Assembly: GCA_964016885.1 (NCBI GenBank)
Contig: OZ024740.1
Location: 364,932,001-364,996,000, forward strand
Origin: Eledone cirrhosa
Taxonomy: Eukaryota
Length of the DNA stretch: 64,000 nucleotides
Reading direction: 5' to 3'
In this document: positions 1 through 10,539 of the stretch, piece by piece
Layout: the number at the start of each line of letters is the position of its first letter
Numbering within the stretch: the first letter of the stretch is position 1
The notes under the pieces: model-generated
Database searches by the model: none
Seen by the model: only the letters and a program-made list of their open reading frames with translations
What the model was told of the DNA's origin: nothing
Translations under genes and position numbers: made by a program

Positions 1-1577
1 AGTACTTGTCATGTTCTTGACACAATTGACGGGTCCTCCTAACCCTTTGTTTGCCAAGCTTTCTGCAGCTGGATACCATTCCTATCACCAGCCACTTTAC
101 AGCATGTAGTGGGTGTGTTTCTGGTGTAGATCACCAACACTAGAGCAATTGTTGTGTCTTTGACACAACTGAAGGGTCGTTTCAAGCTTTTAATCATGGT
201 TTCTACAGTGGGGTGCCCTTCCTGGCACCAATCACCTTGTGGGTACATTTTCATGGCACCGTTACTAGTGAGGTTGTAGGTCATAGAACCAACCAAAGAG
301 ACCTCTCTTCTCTGGGGAAGGAGGCAGTAGGGGAGGGAGATAGGTTATAGGTGTATGTTGTGATTTGGCAGGGTGGTGAGTAATGGGTAGCGGTGGCTGA
401 TTAGTGTATGAGCAAAGTGGATGTAGTGGTTGGTTTGCAGGATATGGTTGATAGAGTAGGGAGGGCATGATGGCGAAATAGGTAAAGAGGGTAAGGGGTG
501 GTAGCAGGGGTAGAGAGAGAGTTGCTACTAGGGTTCAATGGAGAGGATAGCTAATGGGTAGTGCTAATGGGGCGAGGGCACACATGCATGGGTCAGGTCA
601 TATTGTGTGTTTGTGGCTGGGTCTTCATCATCACAGCATCACACCAGACCTTTTGTTCCTTAGTCATCTCAGTTGTGAGACTAAGTTTTTTAAGGTCACA
701 ACACACACACACACACACACTCTCTCTCTCTCTCTCAGTATATATATATTTAGAGTTTGTTTAGTTTATTTGTAGTAGTGTAGTAAGAGTTAATGTTGCA
801 AGATGAAGTTGATGAAGTAGTTGAATGAGTGTTTTATTGGTCAACTCCATGGCAAGTGAGTGGTGTGTGTCCCAGTTAGTCTTGAGAATTATTGCTGTGA
901 AGTCTTGCCACCGTCGAGAAAACTAATAGTTGTAGTCACATGTTGTGGTAATGTGATATTGCTACGGGGAAAAATATTTTCCACAATCACATGGGTATGA
1001 ATTTTTATATGTTTTTATTGGTTGCAGGATTTACTTCAAAATCATGTACTGTAATATAATTGTAGTGTTGTAGTGTTGATTGTGTGTGTAAATGTAGAAT
1101 CTAAAAGTAGTGAATTTACTAACATTTGGTTGATGTTGATAGCCATCCCTCCTACCCTGCAGGGCTGGCTAGGAGTGTGTGTATGTGACTACATCATGAA
1201 GTGTGCTGTCTGTATGCTGCAGAGTAAAGAAACTAACTGTGCTCTATGGTAGAGCGAAGAAATAGGCTCTAGGGTAAAAATCTCTTGTATTTATAAGGAT
1301 TGTGCACCCAGAAAACATTAAACAGATGGCCCCTGATAATTTCCATTTAAACAAAGGCAGTAATTCTTTTTTGGTCCCTCACCCCACCCCTGCTATTAGA
1401 CCAAACAAGAGAATTGGTATCTCAGTTAGTCTGACTGAGGTTAAGGGTCAGGGTGTTGATAAAGCAACCACATGAGAACATGGAAATGGTTTTAATACAC
1501 ACACACACACACACACGTATATATATATATATGTATGTATATATACCTTTATTTTATACAGAAATGACATTAACAGG

Positions 1578-1617
1578 ACTAGAACTGTTTCATTCATATG
1601 AAATCATCAGTTCCAGT
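1578..1617 (-). ncRNA. Atypical hammerhead-like core in a short PLE-type terminal-repeat fragment (about 1550-1725)
   Basis: The minus strand reads ACTGGAA-CTGATGA-T-TTC-ATAT-GAA-T-GAAA-CAG-TTCTAGT. ACTGGAA can pair with TTCTAGT, but stem III and the cleavage triplet are non-canonical. Same family as 40248-40440. Confidence 0.45.
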
Positions 1618-2270
1618 GATGTCGAAGACATTTCTAAGTGAAATAAAGATCTCTATACACTACTAAAGTATTGAGTACCTTTTCAACTGGGATCACCTCA
1701 TGATACCCATCGGAAATTTACCCATTATATATATATCTACCTTCCTATTTCACCACTTTCTACTCTCACCCCTCTTTCTTCCCCTCTCTTTCTCCCTATC
1801 TACTCTTACCCCACTTTCTTCCTCTCCCTCTCTCCCTCTCACTTTCACCCCTCATCTGACCATTTAGCAGTTCTCTTCTCACTCACAACTGCAGCGATCA
1901 GACGTGTGTCTTGTTTCTCTTGATTACTTGGTCTTGAACTTAAGTTCTTTTATCGAGTGGTCTTGGATTTCCTACCTATAGTTGCTCGCACATTGTTCGG
2001 TTTGTGTTTTTTTTTCGCTGTTTTGTTATTGTTTCTCTTTTCTTCCCCTTTGCTTTCCTTCCCTCCTTCCTTCGTTTTCCCAATAACTTATCCGGTTATT
2101 GATGCCCTGGGGTGAAGTGGTCTCTTGTCTTTAAAACGTAGAAATATCCTAGACCCCAGTAGACAACTGATGAGGACCCCCCTGTTCTTGTTTTCTTTGT
2201 ATTCCCACTGCATTTTAAGTTACCTTAAATAGCAACTACACAGCCATTTCTATTCCTTATATATTTCATC

Positions 2271-2318
<48 letters not shown>

Positions 2319-2693
2319 TAAAGACACATAGAGATATACATGTACAGCACAGAATCCATAATATCACAGATTATTATTTCAGTATTCCATAGAAATAACT
2401 TTTGTGCTAAGTCTTTGTTTTTATTTTGTTTAATTTGAAGATATCAGTAATGTTATTGGCGTTACAATTTGAGGACTATAAAATATTTTAGAAAATATTT
2501 AAATAATAGCTTGGAAATCTCTTTGGATATATGTGGCCTTTCAAATATAGAAACTGAGGGCAAATAAAAAAATAGAGTTATATATGCATGCCTGTATGGA
2601 TGTATATATATATGTGTGTGTGTGTGTGTATATATGTATATGTGTGTGTGTGTATATATATATTGTCCCTGTTCAAATTTTTCCATTATATAT

Positions 2694-2775
<82 letters not shown>

Positions 2776-2890
2776 TTGAAATAAAATGAAAACGAAATTT
2801 CATTTCTCACTCTTAGTACGGCACTTACTTAAATGTAAGTATGTGTGTATACGTACATACATATATGTATACAGACGTACAGTAGCATGC

Positions 2891-2923
<33 letters not shown>

Positions 2924-3024
2924 CATACAGGTACACATACATATATGCACGTATCAGTTTAGCGGACGCTTATTATAAGGAAAGTATATACTTTCGAACG
3001 TTCAACTATCTGGCAGATGGGTAT

Positions 3025-3067
3025 ACGGTGCTGATGATAGCTAACAAGCTTGAAACTAGTACATCGT
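3025..3067 (+). ncRNA. Type I hammerhead ribozyme with minimal palindromic stem III
   Basis: ACGGTG-CTGATGA-T-AGC-TAACAA-GCT-T-GAAA-CTAG-TA-CATCGT. Stem I is ACGGTG/CATCGT and extends through CTGGCA/TGTCAG and GTTCAAC/GTTGAAC. Predicted cut after A3061 (GUA). Confidence 0.8.
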
Positions 3068-3222
3068 TCCTGTGTCAGTGTTGAACAAAAAGGTGACGTG
3101 GTTGCCTTAACACCGTACGGCATAACAAATTCAGGCTGTTCAGTTTGTTTACAAACGAACAAAACGGCGTTATAATAAGCGTCCGCTAAACTGATACGTG
3201 CATATATGTATGTGTACCTGTA

Positions 3223-3320
<98 letters not shown>

Positions 3321-3556
3321 TGCTACTGTACGTCTGTATACGTATATGTATGTACGTATACACACATACTTACATTTAAGTAAGTGCCGTACTAAGAGTG
3401 AGAAATGAAATTTCGTTTTCATTTTATTTCAACCTATCGTTTTCGGTATGCCTGACCGACTTAGCTCACTCGATATGCAAATTAGGCTGCTCAGCCGTTA
3501 ATTTTCATAAGGAAAGTATATACTTTCGAACGTTCAACTATCTGGCAGATGGGTAT

Positions 3557-3599
3557 ACGGTGCTGATGATAGCTAACAAGCTTGAAACTAGTACATCGT
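3557..3599 (+). ncRNA. Type I hammerhead ribozyme (second tandem copy)
   Basis: Identical to 3025-3067; predicted cut after A3593. Confidence 0.8.
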
Positions 3600-3743
3600 T
3601 CCTGTGTCAGTGTTGAACAAAAAGGTGACGTGGTTGCCTTAACACTGTACGGCATAAAAAATTCAGGCTGTTCACAAACGAACAAAGCGGCGTTATAATA
3701 AGCGTCCGCTAAACTGATACGTGCATATATGTATGTGTACCTG

Positions 3744-3781
<38 letters not shown>

Positions 3782-3820
3782 TACTACTGTACGTCTGTAT
3801 ACATATATGTATGTACGTAG

Positions 3821-3872
<52 letters not shown>

Positions 3873-3930
3873 ACCCCAGTCCCTATCATCTCATTTCTAC
3901 AGCTGAGCAAACTGGAGCAAAGTGAAATAA

Positions 3931-4008
<78 letters not shown>

Positions 4009-4231
4009 ATCATCTATCTCTGGGATGGACACACGCGTATAACTTGCTGAGTAAGTTCTGTTTAAATTTCTATAGAAATTCTTGTCTGATAACTTTAATT
4101 TTTGTACCATTTTGTAGAGGGACTGCCAGGTCAAACTTTGATCTGGTCAGTCTCTCAAAATATTCTACGCCTTTAGGCGAAATAGTTAAAAAAAAAGTTT
4201 TTTCTTGTTGAAAAGTCAATATTTTTTTTAA

Positions 4232-6019
4232 ATGGCCCAAGCTTCTTCACCAAAATTCGAAGGAGGAAAGGGGAAGATGAACTTACAGCTTCCCCCTGCC
4301 ACTGTCACAGTAGCAGAGGTCAAGAAGATAGGTCAGCCAGAGGAAGAATTCTCTCCACCTGTTAACCGACAACTTGACGTTGCCATGGCAACAACCCAAA
4401 GAACCAGCAGCAACAGCAACAACAACAACAATGCGACGGACGAAAGCAACACCAATAACAATAACAATAACAGCAACAAGACCAATAACGGTGACAACAA
4501 CAACAATGATAACAACAACACCACCAACGACAACAACAACACAAACAAACAAAATTTCTCCTTCGCCGAGACGACAAGGAAAACCCTCGACTATCTGCCA
4601 GTAGATATAACAAAAGCGAAGGAGCTACTGGCGGATGCGAAAAAATATATAGTGTACGGAGAAAATGGTTCATTCACAATCCATTCCCCCCCGGAACTAA
4701 AAAGCCAGAGACTCCTAAACACGGTCATGTTTAGGACAATCTCGAACAAAAGTAAAAAACCAGCTCAACCATCACAGAGCGAGATAGAGCTGGTTTTAAA
4801 AGACGTCATGAAGGACATCACCTTCATTCAGAAGGATAGACTCTACGGGAGTCTATCCATTCTCATGAAGGACAGGGACACAGCAGTGAAACTGTCCATC
4901 AAACCAATCACATCCACCGCATACACCTTCTACCCTACGTACATGGGTAGAAGAACACAAAAAATAAAAATCCACACCATCCTGCCGATTATGGACATAT
5001 GGTGGGTTTTGACAGGTTTTCTGGACCTGGAGGATGACATGCTGGTGTCCATGGGAAAGGCATCGGGTGACGCGTTCAGTGGAACGAGCCTCGAACTTGT
5101 AGTTCAAATGAGGCCCGAAAGGATCGCCCAGATCCCTGAACGCGTCATACTGGATGATCTAACCTTCATCAACATTACCGTTGAGGGTAGACGGCCCTCG
5201 TGTTACCTCTGCGGAACCAGAGGTCACCTGAGGGCTGTCTGTCCCCAACTTAATAAGAAAACCCCAATCCTGCCTACACCACCAACAACTGCACAACCAA
5301 CACAATCACCACAACTACCACTACAAAAACAACCACCACAGCTCAAACCAAAACAAAACAATGTCCAACCCATCCCCTCCACTCAAAAAACAAAAACAAT
5401 TTCCAAAACACCCGTACCGCAAACACAACCCGAAAATATACCCCTCCCCTCCAACGCGGAAGATGACCCTAGTTCGTCGTCAGACGAGGAGGAGCACTTC
5501 CACACAATCAAAAGAAAAAAAAGAAAACACACCTCAGACACACAAATGAAAAAAACCCCTCCCCAAAACATAACACTGACACCAACACAAAAGAGCTCAC
5601 AACAGCAAACAAAAAACACCACACAAAAACAAAAACATGCATACACATACATAAATACAAGAAACAAAAAACTGTTAAACATTGTGTACAACAACAATCT
5701 AATAAAAACACAAGGGCCTAACTTCACCCAGGCAGGGGATTTCCCCCACCTCAAAATGATTAAGGCCCCACAGGACACCTATAAAACTTTAAAAAACAAT
5801 TTTAAAGAGGACGTGGGTCCCCCCTGCGTCGGGCCCATTAACCGCGTCCTCCTAAAAAACTATCCCACCCCCTCCCCAAACACCCTCACAACTCCAAGCT
5901 CCCCAACCACACAACACACTGATGCCCCCACACTTCCACAAACCACCACCCCACCCAACAACCCATCCCCCACCCTAATGGAAATTGTGCAGCCCGATAC
6001 CCGGGACGCAGAGAGGTAA
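4232..6019 (+). CDS. LINE ORF1p (gag-like nucleic-acid-binding protein)
   Basis: 595 aa; zinc knuckle CYLCGTRGHLRAVC (CX2CX4HX4C), poly-Asn tract, Pro/Thr/Gln-rich tail and KRKKRK basic patch. Confidence 0.9.
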   Translation: MAQASSPKFEGGKGKMNLQLPPATVTVAEVKKIGQPEEEFSPPVNRQLDVAMATTQRTSSNSNNNNNATDESNTNNNNNNSNKTNNGDNNNNDNNNTTNDNNNTNKQNFSFAETTRKTLDYLPVDITKAKELLADAKKYIVYGENGSFTIHSPPELKSQRLLNTVMFRTISNKSKKPAQPSQSEIELVLKDVMKDITFIQKDRLYGSLSILMKDRDTAVKLSIKPITSTAYTFYPTYMGRRTQKIKIHTILPIMDIWWVLTGFLDLEDDMLVSMGKASGDAFSGTSLELVVQMRPERIAQIPERVILDDLTFINITVEGRRPSCYLCGTRGHLRAVCPQLNKKTPILPTPPTTAQPTQSPQLPLQKQPPQLKPKQNNVQPIPSTQKTKTISKTPVPQTQPENIPLPSNAEDDPSSSSDEEEHFHTIKRKKRKHTSDTQMKKTPPQNITLTPTQKSSQQQTKNTTQKQKHAYTYINTRNKKLLNIVYNNNLIKTQGPNFTQAGDFPHLKMIKAPQDTYKTLKNNFKEDVGPPCVGPINRVLLKNYPTPSPNTLTTPSSPTTQHTDAPTLPQTTTPPNNPSPTLMEIVQPDTRDAER

Positions 6020-6043
6020 GTGCCTTTTCTCTTCACCACCAAC

Positions 6044-9000
6044 ATGGCTATGCTAAGAGTAGGCTGTTTAAATGCGCGTGGCCTGGGCTCAACTTGGAAG
6101 CAAGCAATGCTTCTAAATGACCTCAGGTCACAACGTATAGATGTGATGGTTATTTGCGAGGCCCGGATCAGCAACGTGCGACAGCTGGCCCCCACCTTTG
6201 ATGACTTTGAGATGCACGCATCTCTCTGTCAGCCCGGAGGTGGGGGTGGAGTTGTCGTTCTGCTGCAAAAACATCTGGGTCTCGCAACACAGATGGTACA
6301 TTTGGACCCGGAGGGTCGACTAGTGGTTCTGGACCTTGGCAGTGGTAAAGGCGGAGCGTTTAGGTTGGTAGCCGCCTACGGCCCTTTCGGGTCAATGCGG
6401 CCGGACTTCTTCCATTGTCTGGAGACTTTTCTAGGGACGTCCCGCTCCTTGCTATTAGTGGGGGACTGGAATGGTATCCTAGATGCACGCTGGGACTACG
6501 TAGGGGCCTGCCCCGATAGAGAGGGGTGTAATATCCTCAAAGGGTTAATCGGTCGATTTGACCTGGCCGATAGATATCGACTAGATTTTCCGACTGCGCC
6601 AACCTGGACTTGGGCAAATCGTAGCGGATCATCTAGGTCGTACCTAGATAGGTTCTTAGTTAGAATTAAGGATAAGGACTTTTTAAGTTGTCCAAAAATG
6701 CGCATTGTTGGCTATTCAGACCACAAATTAGTGACCTGCATGGTCAACCTTGACAGAACTCATAGACAGGGCCCCGGTTACTGGAAGCTCAACTTGTCCT
6801 TGCCGGCAAGTAGAGCCTACAGGAATCGGATTAGTACGTTAGTTAAGGAACGGTTGACTGGAGCGATCGTCAACAGCAGGTGGTGGGTATCTCTAAAGAG
6901 AGAGATTAGAGTAGTCTCGATAGAATTTAGTAAGGTTCTAGCTGCGGATAGGAATAGGAAGGAAAGGGAGCTAATAGATAGAGTAGAAGAGGCAATTAGA
7001 AGCGGCGACGTGGCCAGAGTGCTAGCGTCGAGAACGGCTTTGAGCCAGTTTTTCGACGCGAAGCACGAAGGCTGCGTTGTCCGAAGTAAAATACGTGCTC
7101 TAGGGAACGAGGGGACCAAAGCTGTTAGCTGGGCCCGCGTGACAGAGGCCAACAGTGGAACTAAATCCACCATCCGGTCTTTGCGAGACCTGGATGGACG
7201 GGCGATTCTTGAGCCTAAGCAGATGTGTGAGGCCTTTCAAAGGCACTTTGCCCGACTGTTCGGGAGGGGCCGGGAGCCGGTTGGGAACGTGGACTTCGGT
7301 CCATACCTCGACGGCCTGCCGCGCCTCTCGGACAGGGAGGCGAAGTCCTGCGAGGAGCCGATTTCGGCCGCTGAGATAGAGGACGTGCTGAGCCAATGCG
7401 GCAAACGCAAATCCCCGGGTCTCGATGGTCTTCCTTACGAATTATATCTAGCTATGCCGGACTTGTTCCCCGATCTCCTCGAGGCGGTCTACTGCAACTG
7501 GCAACAGAACGGGAGAATTCCCTGTACTGTGACCAAGGGCGTAGTCACGCTAGTGAGGAAGGACGAGAACAAGGGGGACGAAATAAGTAACTTCAGGCCC
7601 ATAACACTGCTAAATACAGAGTTACAGATTTTGGCCAAGGTGCTAGCAAAGAGGTTGGCGCTTGTCGTGGGCAACCTGGTGGGAGATGCGCAGACATGCG
7701 CTATCCCGTCCAGGTCCATCCATGACAACCTCCACCTCATGCGATACATCATAGAGAGGGTTGGGAACGAACCCGGCTTTGGTGGGGCTCTGATCAACTT
7801 GGATCAATCTAAGGCGTTCGATAGGGTCGACCATGGTTACCTGGATGCGGTGCTAGCGGCGGCAGGCTTCGGACCCGTTTTCAGGGGCTGGATCACTGCT
7901 ATGCACAGCAGCCGCATCTGCTCTAGGGTCAAGGTGAACGGCTACCTCTCGGAGCCGTTCAAAATCGCGCGGTCCATCCGACAAGGGTGCCCTCTCTCCT
8001 CCCTTCTGTATGTGTTGACTCTCGAGCCACTACTGCGGAAGTTGGAGTTGTTGCAGGGCATCCCTTTGGAACCGGGATTGCGGAAAGCGGTGTCGGCCTA
8101 CGCCGATGACGTGACAGTAATGGTGTCGACGGCCTCCGAAATCGAGGCGGTCGGCACCTTACTGGAGGAGTACGAAAAGTTCACAGGGGCTAAGCTGAAC
8201 CGGGACAAGTCGATCGGTTTGCAACTCGGCACGTGGAGGGGCAGACCGATGCCCTCAGATAGCGTCGTCGGACGCTGGACGGAGGGCCCGGTGAAGTTGC
8301 TCGGGGTCTGGTTCGGACCGGACCTCCAGGTGGAGAAAAACTGGGCGGAGGTTACGAACAGGGTGTTTGCACTGACCCAGAAGTGGGCCAGTTGCAAACT
8401 ATCCCTGAAAGGTCGGGCGGAGGTGGCGAACACCTACATAGCGTCCGTCATCTACTACCGCCTGACCGTAGTGCCCTGCCCAAGGGAAACCCTCACCAAG
8501 ATGGAGCGCGCGCTCTTCCAATTCCTTTGGAAGAGGCGGGCTCCTATGGTGAGGAGATCCATCTGCTGTCAACACCCTTCGAAAGGAGGGCTGGGGATGC
8601 CGTGGCTAATGATGCGTAAACACGCATTAAGGCTACGGCACCTCTACGTATTCCTCACCGGACAACCGGTGTGGGCCTCGTTTGTGAGACGAACCTTTCC
8701 CAGACTCGTCTCACTCACCGAGCTGCAATCCTGGGTCAAGCAAAGACCGAGAAAACTGGGCGCCTGGCACACTGAGTGTGCCCAGGCGCTCACCGCCCTC
8801 TGGCAGGCGGATCCGGTTATCAGTGGAGACTCCACCGCAACATTCTATAGAGGGCTGGTACGTAGCAGGTGCGACGACGCCCTCGGAGAAGCCCTAGACA
8901 TGGAGGAGGACGAACTGGCCAGCCTGTTCAGTAGGACATTCAGCCCGGGACCTATGGACAACTTCCAGAAGTCCCTGGCCTGGCAGTGCTACCGAGGGGC

Positions 9001-9481
9001 TTTACCCGTTCGAGAAAGGCTCTACAGACACGGGCGCCCGGGTAGGGACCCCGCCAAAAAGATCTGTCCCAGATGCGTGTGCGACGAGGAAACCGTTGCA
9101 CACGCATTAGTACACTGCTCGGGCGTAGCCGATCTGTGGGGCTATGTCGAACAACTGCTGTCAAGGGTGGGACCGATCCGGTTGACCACCGAGTCTATTG
9201 TAATGATCAAGCCGCCTCCCCCCTTCAAAGATGAAGCAGAGGCGGTGTTTCTGTGCGTAATAGCCATGGCGAAAGAGGTTGTATGGTGGACGCGTCTGAA
9301 AGGACTGAGGTCGGGCACCTTTCTCTCTGGCCAACAACTGGTCCGTTTCTTCCGATATCATTTCGGAAGAAGGATCAGGATGGAGAGAGAGGTGCTGCAC
9401 CCCAGCCGTTTCTATGAAAGATGGGTGAAAGTGGCGAGAATGGCCCGTGTGAATGGGCCTTCACTCTACATCAGACTATAG
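6044..9481 (+). CDS. LINE ORF2p: APE endonuclease, reverse transcriptase and C-terminal zinc finger
   Basis: APE motifs LNARGL, GDWN, YLDR, SDH. RT motifs KSPGLDG, NFRPITLLN, DQSKAFDRV, RQGCPLS, AYADD. C-terminal CPRC...ETVAHALVHC. First ATG at 6044 in ACCAACATGG context. Confidence 0.95.
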   Translation: MAMLRVGCLNARGLGSTWKQAMLLNDLRSQRIDVMVICEARISNVRQLAPTFDDFEMHASLCQPGGGGGVVVLLQKHLGLATQMVHLDPEGRLVVLDLGSGKGGAFRLVAAYGPFGSMRPDFFHCLETFLGTSRSLLLVGDWNGILDARWDYVGACPDREGCNILKGLIGRFDLADRYRLDFPTAPTWTWANRSGSSRSYLDRFLVRIKDKDFLSCPKMRIVGYSDHKLVTCMVNLDRTHRQGPGYWKLNLSLPASRAYRNRISTLVKERLTGAIVNSRWWVSLKREIRVVSIEFSKVLAADRNRKERELIDRVEEAIRSGDVARVLASRTALSQFFDAKHEGCVVRSKIRALGNEGTKAVSWARVTEANSGTKSTIRSLRDLDGRAILEPKQMCEAFQRHFARLFGRGREPVGNVDFGPYLDGLPRLSDREAKSCEEPISAAEIEDVLSQCGKRKSPGLDGLPYELYLAMPDLFPDLLEAVYCNWQQNGRIPCTVTKGVVTLVRKDENKGDEISNFRPITLLNTELQILAKVLAKRLALVVGNLVGDAQTCAIPSRSIHDNLHLMRYIIERVGNEPGFGGALINLDQSKAFDRVDHGYLDAVLAAAGFGPVFRGWITAMHSSRICSRVKVNGYLSEPFKIARSIRQGCPLSSLLYVLTLEPLLRKLELLQGIPLEPGLRKAVSAYADDVTVMVSTASEIEAVGTLLEEYEKFTGAKLNRDKSIGLQLGTWRGRPMPSDSVVGRWTEGPVKLLGVWFGPDLQVEKNWAEVTNRVFALTQKWASCKLSLKGRAEVANTYIASVIYYRLTVVPCPRETLTKMERALFQFLWKRRAPMVRRSICCQHPSKGGLGMPWLMMRKHALRLRHLYVFLTGQPVWASFVRRTFPRLVSLTELQSWVKQRPRKLGAWHTECAQALTALWQADPVISGDSTATFYRGLVRSRCDDALGEALDMEEDELASLFSRTFSPGPMDNFQKSLAWQCYRGALPVRERLYRHGRPGRDPAKKICPRCVCDEETVAHALVHCSGVADLWGYVEQLLSRVGPIRLTTESIVMIKPPPPFKDEAEAVFLCVIAMAKEVVWWTRLKGLRSGTFLSGQQLVRFFRYHFGRRIRMEREVLHPSRFYERWVKVARMARVNGPSLYIRL

Positions 9482-9744
9482 GTGAGGAAGATGAAAGACC
9501 AAGGGAGCACCCCTTCTCTGTGCTCCTGAGGAGAAGGGTTGCACACTTTTTTCGGGGGTGTGTGCGACCCCCCAAGGCGCCTCCTCTCTATTGAGGATTT
9601 TGTTAAAAATTTTATTTTTTGTTATATCTTATTTTATTTTTATATTTTGTTATTGCCTTCTCCTTATTGAGGACGCCTTTTTGTGTAAACTCCCCCCTTT
9701 GTACTTGTCCCACTTTTGATGCCCTAGTGGCAAATAAAAGAAAT

Positions 9745-10539
<795 letters not shown>

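Larger units (their letters stand above)
2771..3826 (+). mobile_element. Retrozyme-like non-coding element, locus 1: inverted partial copy followed by about 1.6 tandem monomers (period 532 bp)
   Basis: 2771-2978 is the reverse complement of about 3171-3437. The sequence from about 2978 recurs at about 3510. It carries two HHRs and is flanked by (TA)n. Confidence 0.8.
4019..9744 (+). mobile_element. Full-length, apparently intact Tx1/L1-clade LINE
   Basis: 5' UTR, ORF1 with CCHC knuckle, ORF2 APE-RT-zinc finger and a 3' UTR ending GCAAATAAAAGAAA. Both ends abut TATC/(TA)n repeats. Confidence 0.93.

Noticed and set aside
1-330. Possible retroelement coding remnant at the window start
   Set aside because: The translation shows no motif I can name with confidence.
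2130-2200. CTGATGA at about 2167 as another hammerhead
   Set aside because: No correctly placed GAAA or supporting stems were found by eye.
2959-3616. Recurrent short ORF (..[18 protein letters not shown]) in the retrozyme unit
   Set aside because: Its upstream part differs among copies and relies on microsatellite or non-ATG starts; conservation is better explained by the ribozyme.
6017-6046. Stop-codon readthrough fusing Tx1 ORF1 and ORF2 (in frame in copy 1)
   Set aside because: The spacer is 24 nt in copy 1 but 23 nt in copy 2, so the frame is not conserved; ORF2 has its own good ATG context.
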